Source: Candidatus Bathyarchaeia archaeon
Lineage (GTDB): Archaea; Thermoproteota; Bathyarchaeia; Bathyarchaeales; Bathycorpusculaceae
Length of the DNA stretch: 64,000 nt
Direction of reading: 5' to 3'
Assembly (NCBI GenBank): GCA_050012755.1
Contig: JBEKGO010000001.1
Span: 32,001 to 96,000 of the forward strand
Below the pieces are notes generated by a model that did no database searches, had not been told where the DNA came from, and saw nothing but the letters and a program-made list of their open reading frames with translations. The first letter of the stretch is position 1. Each line of letters starts with the position of its first letter. Below are positions 56,245 through 64,000 of the stretch, piece by piece. Position numbers and translations under genes: made by a program.

Positions 56245-58461
56245 ATGGCTCGTTATAGGCAGACTGATGAAATAGTCAAACTGATGGAAACTCCAACATT
56301 TATCAGAAATACCAGTATAATTGCTCATGTAGACCACGGAAAAACCACACTTTCCGACAGCCTGTTGGCCGCAGCAGGAATCATCAGCACGCAAACTGCA
56401 GGACAAAAACTATTTCTTGACTCCTGGGATCTTGAGCAGAAACGTCAAATGACTGTTTTCGCTTCAAACGTCAGTCTAGTTCACACTTACCAAAACCAAG
56501 ATTATTTAATCAACCTCATTGATACACCTGGGCACATTGACTTTTCAGGTGCCGTAACAAGAAGCCTAAGAGCAGTAGACGGCGCACTGGTAGTTGTCGA
56601 TGCTGTTGAAGGACCTATGACTCAGACGGAAACTGTTTTGATGCAGGCTCTGCGAGAACGTGTTAAACCAATTTTATTCATCAACAAGGTTGACCGATTA
56701 ATTAAGGAAATCAAACTTACACCTCTTGAGATTCAGAAGAAATTCGCAAAGATTCTATTGAGAGTAAACAGTTTAATCGAAAAATATGCTCCGGCAGAAC
56801 ACAAACAAGACTGGCAAGTCAAAATAGAAGATAGCCGTGTTGCATTCGGTTCAGCGCTCCATAAATGGGGCTTAAATCTTGATCACATGAAAATGAAGAA
56901 AGTCACTTTCCAAGACATCATCGACGCGTACACAGGTGACCCTGCAGATGTCGGAAGAAAAGTTGACGCGCTCAGCAAGAGAGCACCCCTGCCAGAACCA
57001 GTATTAGATATGTTCGTTCAACACTTACCCAACCCATACGAAGCCCAACCCTACAGGCAACCGCAGATTTGGCCAGGAGACGTTAGCAGTCCAACTGGTG
57101 TAGGCATGGCGAAAGTTGACCCCAAAGCACCATTACTTATGTGCATATCCACAATCGAAGTTGACCCACATAGCGGAACAGTTGCGATCGGCAGAATTTT
57201 CAGCGGGTCAGTTGAGCGGGGAAAAACAGTTCAACTTGTAAGCAGCAACCAGAAAGGCACAATACAGCAGGTTTTCATGAGTATGGCAACTGACCGAGTT
57301 CTTATTGACAGGGTTCCAGCGGGCAACATTGGCGCAATCTCAGGTTTACCATCCATACATGTTGGCGAAACCATTGCTGAAGAAGGCATTGAAGTACACT
57401 CGTTTGAAGGTTTAAGATATGTTTCAGACCCGGTCGTAACCGTAGCTGTTGAACCTGAAGACATCAAAGACTTGCCTTTATTCGATAAAGTGATGCATAA
57501 ACTCACCACAGAAGACCCTAACCTACACTTTATTATGAACAAAGAAAGTGGTGAATTCCTCCTATCAGGCATGGGTGAGCTTCACCTCGAAATCACCGCT
57601 TACCGCATGCAGGAAGCAGGCTTAAAAGTAAAACTTAGCAAGCCAATCGTCATCTACAGAGAAACGATAAGTCACGATTATCGTGGTCCAGCAATCATGG
57701 GCAAAAGCCCCAACAAACATAACAAACTCTGGATAACCATCGAGAGACTGTCCGATGAAGTCATTGAAGCAATAAAATCTGATAAAATTAGTGATATGCA
57801 AAGCAGAGATGAACGAACGAAAACATTGCGGGCTTTAGGATGGGACGCAGATGAAGCTAAAGGCGCAGTAGCTGTGGAAGAAAACTGCATTCTTGTCAAC
57901 CGTATTCGCGGAAGACAATATGTTGAGGAAATTTTAGACCACATTAAAGGTGGGTTCCGCGAAGCAGTCCATACATCGCCATTAGCAAAAGAACCAGCTT
58001 ACGGCTTAAAAATCAACTTAGAAGACATTGTCCTACACGAAGACCCAGTCCACAGAGGACCCGCACAAGCTATCCCCATGACTTGGAGACCAATATACTG
58101 CTGCATATTACTGAGCGATCCAAAACTGCTTGAGCCACTCATGAGTTTCGAATGTAAAGTTCCGAGCGAATTCGTCAGCGCAGTACTCACAATGCTAAAC
58201 AAACGACGCGGAAAAATCCTTGACATGCCATCCGAAGAAGACATGATCACCGTTAAAGCTGAAATGCCAGTCTCCGAAAGCTTCGGCATAGCAGATGAAC
58301 TACGCGGTTCAACTTCAGGCAGAGCTTTCTGGGCAACACAGTTCAGCCGTTGGGCACCAGTTCCAGAGCAGCTGCAAGCAGAAACCATCAAAAAGATACG
58401 CGAACGCAGAGGATTACCACCAGTACCGCCAAAACCAGAAGAATACTTCGAGAAAGAATAA
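56245..58461 (+). CDS. Elongation factor 2 family GTPase, probably the archaeal EF-2 paralog (aEF-2p)
   Basis: AHVDHGKTT, DTPGH, NKVD, GMGELHLE, HEDPVHRG. G2 reads RQMT instead of RGIT, and no S12/S7 genes are adjacent. Confidence 0.88.
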   Translation: MARYRQTDEIVKLMETPTFIRNTSIIAHVDHGKTTLSDSLLAAAGIISTQTAGQKLFLDSWDLEQKRQMTVFASNVSLVHTYQNQDYLINLIDTPGHIDFSGAVTRSLRAVDGALVVVDAVEGPMTQTETVLMQALRERVKPILFINKVDRLIKEIKLTPLEIQKKFAKILLRVNSLIEKYAPAEHKQDWQVKIEDSRVAFGSALHKWGLNLDHMKMKKVTFQDIIDAYTGDPADVGRKVDALSKRAPLPEPVLDMFVQHLPNPYEAQPYRQPQIWPGDVSSPTGVGMAKVDPKAPLLMCISTIEVDPHSGTVAIGRIFSGSVERGKTVQLVSSNQKGTIQQVFMSMATDRVLIDRVPAGNIGAISGLPSIHVGETIAEEGIEVHSFEGLRYVSDPVVTVAVEPEDIKDLPLFDKVMHKLTTEDPNLHFIMNKESGEFLLSGMGELHLEITAYRMQEAGLKVKLSKPIVIYRETISHDYRGPAIMGKSPNKHNKLWITIERLSDEVIEAIKSDKISDMQSRDERTKTLRALGWDADEAKGAVAVEENCILVNRIRGRQYVEEILDHIKGGFREAVHTSPLAKEPAYGLKINLEDIVLHEDPVHRGPAQAIPMTWRPIYCCILLSDPKLLEPLMSFECKVPSEFVSAVLTMLNKRRGKILDMPSEEDMITVKAEMPVSESFGIADELRGSTSGRAFWATQFSRWAPVPEQLQAETIKKIRERRGLPPVPPKPEEYFEKE

Positions 58462-58904
58462 TCAACCAACCCATCTTTCTTTTTGTTTTTTATTTATTGT
58501 CTCTTTAAAGTAAACTTTGAAGTTTTATTCTGGTTTTAGCCTTACGTTTGTGCATTCAACCATGGTTTCTTTTCTTGGTTACTTATTCCCGAAATAGTCA
58601 GCGCTCTTTGTTGTTCTATGTTCGCCAACACTATAATCCGCCATAGAACACGAACTTTTGAAACACTTTTGAGCCACAAAACTCAAACAGGTAGCTTTAC
58701 AGTATACAATGGCTTTGTTTGCGTGCCTTTATATTTCTAAGACGGTTTTTGCATAGATATGTAATTCATTATTTTCAGGACATGCACTTTTCTAACGTTT
58801 TCGATGCACAAATGTTAATTTCTTTTTTATAGAATTATCATTCTTGCAAAATTTTAAATAGCAAACGCTTGATACTCAACAACACTGAAAAAGGAGAAAA
58901 ACAT

Positions 58905-61610
58905 ATGAAAATTTCAAAAAATAAAGCGACAACAATCACGACGTTATTAATGCTTTTACTTGCAGCCTCAATGATGCTATCACCAATAAAAGGCCAAGTT
59001 TCCTTTCCAGCAGGAACCCAAATTCCGACCTATGCGTACATCAACGTTGCACCGAACCCTGTCGGCGTTGGTCAAACAGTTAACGTCAACTTTTATCTAG
59101 CAACGGTAATAGAATCCAGCGAAGACCCAACAAACATGACAGTTCAAATAACAGATCCGACGGGCACAGTTCAAACAAGAGGTCCCTTCACAGGAGACAC
59201 AACTGGAGGAACATTCTTTAATTTTGTTCCTGACAAAGTTGGCAACTGGACCTTCCAATTCTTCTACGGCGGCCAAGTTACGGGAGGCGGCGGCATGTTC
59301 GGTGGAGGATATTCAGGCCTTGTTCAGTTACCTAGCCATAGCAAAGTATACACATTAGTGGTTCAGCAAGCACCAATCATTAAGACTACATATCCAACAA
59401 CTCCGCTTCCAACAAAATATTGGGAGAACCCTGTTAGCGCTCAAAACGTGGAAACCTGGTACAATATTATGGGACCTTGGCTTGGATTAGGCGGCCTTGT
59501 TTTCGCATCAACGGGAGAATACAATGCAACCAGCGCGTGCAATCCATACACTGAATCAGTATATTCTGGCCACGTTCTTTGGACTAAAGTTTGGTGCCCA
59601 GGCGGTGTGGTCGGTGGTGACGCGGGTGGGACAGAGATAACGGGTCATTACTGGTCTACGAGGCAGTATTGGCCTCAATATGCACCAGTAATAATGGATG
59701 GCAAAATGTACTCTACATGGTATCCAGAAACAACAGGTTACTCAAATGGCATTCTTTGCACAGACCTATACACTGGCGCAACTCTTTGGAGACTAAATAC
59801 CACTAGTGTCTTGCGGTGCGGTATGGAAACTGAATGGAAAACGCCCAACATGTACGGTGTTATTGGTCCATACATCTGGACAACCGGCGATCTTCCAGCA
59901 TCGGAAACTGGCGGAATAGCGATTCCGAGCTACGCAGTGATGACACCCTTCGGTCCATCGGGACCAACTCAATACAACATGTATTCTGCCTTAACTGGAG
60001 AATACGTCCTTAGTATTGTCAACGCCAGTTCAATGACAATTAAATCAGACGCAAATGGCAACTTGATAGGCTACTACATCAACAGCACAGCTGGCTCCAT
60101 GACAACATATGGCTCTGCTCCAGCAATGGCGTCCCAACCGGTAACGGGAGTAGTAAAAATATCTGCCACTGATCCTGATCTATGCTGCTTCAACTTTTCG
60201 CAAGCACTCGGCAATAGTTGGGGATGGTCTCCATCACAGAACACCGTGATTGACGCTGGCCTCGGAGTTATGTGGGCGCAACCAATACCTATCAGCATTT
60301 CAGGCGTAGCAATAACCCCACAACTCGTAATGGATGCGATTAACCCATTATGTGGCAATGCAGTGACATTAAGTTCAGGCTACGTTCACATGGAAGGCGG
60401 CGGAGATGAACAAAGCGGGTGGATTGTGTATGCAAGCATGGATGACACTACTGGACAACTGCTGTGGTGCAAGAACTTCACATACCCAGAATATCAATCA
60501 CTTCTGCCATTTACAAGAACAACCAGCTCCCAAGGAGACGGAATAAGGACAATAAGTAACATGGTTAACAACAAGATGGACGCTATCGATATGCGCACTG
60601 GCAACAAAGTATGGTCAGTAAATCTCGCAACTCCATATGGCGACGGCACACCAAACAGGTATGATACATTTGGCTTTGTAGGGCGGTCCGCGAACGGTCA
60701 GCTAATTCTGTTCGGCTTAGGCGGAGATATATGGGATTTCGACATCGCAACTGGACATCAATTATGGTATACGAATACAACGACCCTTATTGGCGATCCT
60801 GGCATTGAGACGCCCTATGATGTTTGGCCATTGTGGGTGTTTACACCACAAGCGTTCACAAACGACATAGCATACCTCGCTGTTGGCCATGAGTATGATC
60901 CACCGCTGTTCCACGGGGCACAACTGCTGGCCATAAACATGAGCAATGGACAACTAGCCTGGAGCGAATTAGGCTTCTGCATTAGATCAGTGGCAATTTC
61001 TCAAGGCGTCTTGTTATCGCTCAACGCTTATGACAATCAAATATATGCTTTCGCCAAGGGACCAAGCGCTACAACTGTTAATGCTCCAAACGTTGGAGTT
61101 ACTACTGCTACGCCGATAAGAATTACAGGCACTGTCATGGATGTTTCCGCTGGTTCACAGCAGTCTCAGGTTGCGAAGGACTTCCCCAATGGACTTCCAT
61201 GTGTTTCTGACGCGAGCCAGAGCAGATGGATGGAATACGTATACCAAGACCAGGCAATGCCAACTAATGCTACAGGCGTCACCGTTACATTGAGCGTTCT
61301 TGACTCCAACAATAACTTCCGACAAATCGGCACGACAACAAGCGATGCTAGCGGTACATATGGTTTCACTTGGACTCCAGATATACCAGGTGATTACACA
61401 CTCTATGCAAGCTTTGCAGGATCAAACTCATACTATCCATCATCAGCTGAAACATCATTCCATGCAGGTACAGCCGCTACACCAGTCCAGACTGCTGCTC
61501 CACTTCAACAAGTCGATAACACGATGACCATCGTCGGCGTTGGCGTTGCAATCATAATAGTAGTCGCTATTGTTGGCGCACTGACGATAATGATGCTCAG
61601 AAAACGATAA
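58905..61610 (+). CDS. Large secreted, membrane-anchored protein with PQQ-like beta-propeller repeats and Ig-like domains
   Basis: Signal peptide, PNPVGVGQ, repeated D..TG..LW motifs, WTPDIPG.Y, C-terminal TM + RKR. Confidence 0.88.
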   Translation: MKISKNKATTITTLLMLLLAASMMLSPIKGQVSFPAGTQIPTYAYINVAPNPVGVGQTVNVNFYLATVIESSEDPTNMTVQITDPTGTVQTRGPFTGDTTGGTFFNFVPDKVGNWTFQFFYGGQVTGGGGMFGGGYSGLVQLPSHSKVYTLVVQQAPIIKTTYPTTPLPTKYWENPVSAQNVETWYNIMGPWLGLGGLVFASTGEYNATSACNPYTESVYSGHVLWTKVWCPGGVVGGDAGGTEITGHYWSTRQYWPQYAPVIMDGKMYSTWYPETTGYSNGILCTDLYTGATLWRLNTTSVLRCGMETEWKTPNMYGVIGPYIWTTGDLPASETGGIAIPSYAVMTPFGPSGPTQYNMYSALTGEYVLSIVNASSMTIKSDANGNLIGYYINSTAGSMTTYGSAPAMASQPVTGVVKISATDPDLCCFNFSQALGNSWGWSPSQNTVIDAGLGVMWAQPIPISISGVAITPQLVMDAINPLCGNAVTLSSGYVHMEGGGDEQSGWIVYASMDDTTGQLLWCKNFTYPEYQSLLPFTRTTSSQGDGIRTISNMVNNKMDAIDMRTGNKVWSVNLATPYGDGTPNRYDTFGFVGRSANGQLILFGLGGDIWDFDIATGHQLWYTNTTTLIGDPGIETPYDVWPLWVFTPQAFTNDIAYLAVGHEYDPPLFHGAQLLAINMSNGQLAWSELGFCIRSVAISQGVLLSLNAYDNQIYAFAKGPSATTVNAPNVGVTTATPIRITGTVMDVSAGSQQSQVAKDFPNGLPCVSDASQSRWMEYVYQDQAMPTNATGVTVTLSVLDSNNNFRQIGTTTSDASGTYGFTWTPDIPGDYTLYASFAGSNSYYPSSAETSFHAGTAATPVQTAAPLQQVDNTMTIVGVGVAIIIVVAIVGALTIMMLRKR

Positions 61611-61785
61611 AAAAAACAAAATTCCCTTTTCTTTTTTTTATTTAAATCATGCTGAGAAAATTCTATAGAAAACTAGAATGCTTTTTAATTTTCTTTCTTA
61701 AGCGCTCGACAGCCCCAAAAAAAAGGTTTGTGTTTGCAGGGTAAGGCTTTAATTCAAATTGTCAGTTAACGTTTTAGTGAAGCTT

Positions 61786-62370
61786 ATGATAATTGGAGTT
61801 TGCGGTAGCCCAAGAGACCAAGCCACAGAATATGTTTTAAAGGAAGCCCTTCGGATGCTTGGCGAGAAGGGGTTCGAAACCAAATTTTGGACAGTAAAGG
61901 GAAACTGGATTGACTTTTGTGCACATTGTGATTATTGCCTCAAAAACAAGGAATGCGTTGTCCAAGATGACATGCAAGAACTCTACACATTACTCACTGA
62001 AGCAAAAGGAATCATCCTAGCAACCCCAGTATACAACGGCGGCGTCAGCGCCCAAATTAAAGCCGTAATGGATAGAACACGCGCGTTGGTTGCAGCGGAT
62101 AAAAATGTGTTTAAGGGCAAAGTTGGCATGGGCATTGCAGTTGGCGGAGATAGGAACGGCGGTCAAGAATTCGCATTGATGCAGATTCACACGTTTTACA
62201 TTATTAACGGAATGATTCCCGTGGGCGGAGGATTTTTCGGAGCTAATTTAGGTGCAACGTTTTGGAGTAAAGACACTCTTGAAGGAGCCAAGTCTGATGA
62301 AGAAGGCTTCAGAAGCTTGAAGAAAACCGTTAAGCGGTTTGCAGAAAACATGGAGAAATATCAAAAATAA
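61786..62370 (+). CDS. Iron-sulfur flavoprotein (Isf, flavodoxin-like)
   Basis: GSPR, CxxCxxCx5C, TPVY, GGDRNGGQE. Confidence 0.9.
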   Translation: MIIGVCGSPRDQATEYVLKEALRMLGEKGFETKFWTVKGNWIDFCAHCDYCLKNKECVVQDDMQELYTLLTEAKGIILATPVYNGGVSAQIKAVMDRTRALVAADKNVFKGKVGMGIAVGGDRNGGQEFALMQIHTFYIINGMIPVGGGFFGANLGATFWSKDTLEGAKSDEEGFRSLKKTVKRFAENMEKYQK

Positions 62371-62378
62371 CTGGTTGA

Positions 62379-62972
62379 ATGTTTATGGCAGAAGCGGAGA
62401 AAGTTAAGAAGCTAAAAGTTGCTTGGGGTATTACAGGCGCAGGCGACAAAATCGCTGAAATTTTGGAGATAATGAAGGACTTAAAAAAACAGTCAGAAGA
62501 TACAGTCGAAATTCAAGTTTTTCTCTCCAAAGCCGCTGACACCATGCTAAAGTTTTATCGGCTCGAAGACGATTTGAAAAATAATTTTCCAAAAGTTCAG
62601 GTTGAGCTTAATTCTAATTCGCCATTCCTTGCTGCTTGGCTGCAAAGCGGCAAATACGAGTTCCTCCTTATTGCCCCTGCTAGTTCAAATACGGTTGCTA
62701 AAATAGCCAACAGCATCAGCGATACCATGCTAACCAACGCGGCAATCATGAGCCTCAAAGCCTACCGACCAGTGTACATCTTGCCTACAGACTACAGGGA
62801 AAGCACCGTTACCACAAAATTGCCAAATGGCAAAGAAATGAAGCTTAGAGTACGCAAAGAAGAAGCTGACCAAGTCCGCAAACTCGAAAAAATGGAAGAT
62901 GTGCATGTGCTGGAAAACCCACAGAAGATGCGTCAAATCTTTTTGGATTGGCTGAAAACTTTAAGATCTTAA
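62379..62972 (+). CDS. afpA: Archaeoflavoprotein AfpA
   Basis: VAWGITGAG, NSNSPFLA, APASSNTVAKIA..ISD, LPTD. Confidence 0.85.
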   Translation: MFMAEAEKVKKLKVAWGITGAGDKIAEILEIMKDLKKQSEDTVEIQVFLSKAADTMLKFYRLEDDLKNNFPKVQVELNSNSPFLAAWLQSGKYEFLLIAPASSNTVAKIANSISDTMLTNAAIMSLKAYRPVYILPTDYRESTVTTKLPNGKEMKLRVRKEEADQVRKLEKMEDVHVLENPQKMRQIFLDWLKTLRS

Positions 62973-63058
62973 TTCTTTTTGCGGTAGCGGCGAAATAGAA
63001 GTATCGCTCCCATCGCTATTAATGCTGATGAAATAATTACCAGTAAATAATCTTGTTC
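62969..63058 (-). pseudogene. Orphan C-terminal membrane-anchor fragment of a lost surface-protein gene
   Basis: *EQDYLLVIISSALIAMGAILLFRRYRKKN*: TM plus basic tail with an in-frame stop directly upstream. Confidence 0.45.
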
Positions 63059-63129
63059 TTAATTGTCTGTGAGATAATGTTAATAGGAACTGCTAATCAA
63101 TAAGGACTCTAACATATTGAGGCAAGAGC

Positions 63130-63816
63130 TTGGCTGTTCTAAAAAGGATGCGAAGAAGCAATTATTTCAAAACAATGGTCGCAATTGTTCTTATTATTGC
63201 AATAATTCTTGGCTTCTTCTTTGGTTTGCAGTTTGGGCTTCATACTTCTGATCCCCTGTTGACTGTGGAAAGCGGCAGCATGAGCATCCCCTATGATGGT
63301 ATGGAAAGTAAAAACTGGCAAGGCTTCTGGCTAAGCATAACGCACCCGCTTGACAGAACCCTAAGTGTAGGCGACATCATAATTATCCAAGGCGTAAACA
63401 CCAAAGACCTAAACACCAACTACCCAAACAGCGACATAATCGTATTCCACAGCCCAATAACTGGCGAATTAATTGTTCACCGCATAATTGGCACAAAAAT
63501 AGTTAACGGTACTACGTATTTTTTCACCAAAGGGGACGGAAATGGGTATCCAGATACATGGCCGCAAATCCCAAAAAGCTTGGACTCACGGTCAGGTGTT
63601 GACTCGTGGGACTACATGAGAAACCCGCCTGGAGTCCCTCAAAACCTGGTGGTCGGTAAAGTAATCATGCGCATTCCATGGTTCGGATGGATAACACTTG
63701 AAATGAAGGATAATCCATGGGCTTTACCGTTTGTTATTGCGATCATATTTTTGCTCGTGATTATCGAATTTGTTATTCCAATACTAAAGAGAAAAAAACC
63801 TAAACAAAAAAGGTAA
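63130..63816 (+). CDS. Signal peptidase I (archaeal/Sec11 type)
   Basis: VESGSM catalytic Ser, GDII, IVHR, TKGD, VVGK. Confidence 0.9.
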   Translation: MAVLKRMRRSNYFKTMVAIVLIIAIILGFFFGLQFGLHTSDPLLTVESGSMSIPYDGMESKNWQGFWLSITHPLDRTLSVGDIIIIQGVNTKDLNTNYPNSDIIVFHSPITGELIVHRIIGTKIVNGTTYFFTKGDGNGYPDTWPQIPKSLDSRSGVDSWDYMRNPPGVPQNLVVGKVIMRIPWFGWITLEMKDNPWALPFVIAIIFLLVIIEFVIPILKRKKPKQKR

Positions 63817-63929
63817 TTTCGTGCGGTAATTGTTTTCTGGAGTCCGTGAGATAAGTATAAACGTAGTGATATAAAGTCCTTGAGATCGGTTTGATTAGTT
63901 TCCGCGACACGCATCAGCAAGACAAAAGT

Positions 63930-64000
63930 TTATCCGATGTCAACGCGTGCCGATTTTCGCTTAATTCCACATTTGCTACATTTTTCCATTAACGGGTACC
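63930..64000 (-). CDS. Possible 3' end of a gene entering from the window edge (CxxC)
   Basis: ...YPLMEKCSKCGIKRKSARVDIG*; too short to identify. Confidence 0.3.
   Translation of the reverse strand, partial: YPLMEKCSKCGIKRKSARVDIG

Noticed and set aside
58612-58650. Inverted repeat TGTTCTATG-N21-CATAGAACA upstream of the propeller gene
   Set aside because: Single copy far from a clear TATA box, with no further support.

Overview
Archaeal chromosomal DNA, most likely from Bathyarchaeia (inferred from the archaeal Nop5/fibrillarin, ATP-dependent ligase and TrmB, an EF-2-paralog-like gene, and typical PAS/GAF kinases and secreted beta-propeller proteins). Most of the window is housekeeping or metabolic: mdh, pyrB, lig, trxA, nadA, galT, glycogen debranching enzyme, tpiA, rnhB, flpA/nop5, nop2/nip7, two glnA, hisS, a P-type ATPase, isf/afpA and signal peptidase I. 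It also holds two ABC exporter pairs, a NikR-controlled nickel uptake operon and an AT-rich patch of small, partly decayed genes at about 29.5-33 kb. Best leads: (1) a winged-HTH + ATP-cone + class III ribonucleotide reductase (NrdD)-like protein that appears to have lost the glycyl-radical Gly and both catalytic Cys, a candidate pseudo-enzyme nucleotide-sensing regulator; (2) a candidate sRNA (about 26-bp G:U-containing hairpin, pure pyrimidine loop) behind a perfect 18-bp palindrome; (3) a tRNA-Trp with two introns, one carrying self-targeting C/D guides in apparently permuted box order; (4) a 14-bp promoter-like repeat in front of orphan small genes; (5) two receiver domains in frame across a single TAA. 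I saw no CRISPR array, rRNA, transposase or integrase. All family assignments are from motif recognition by eye, not database searches.
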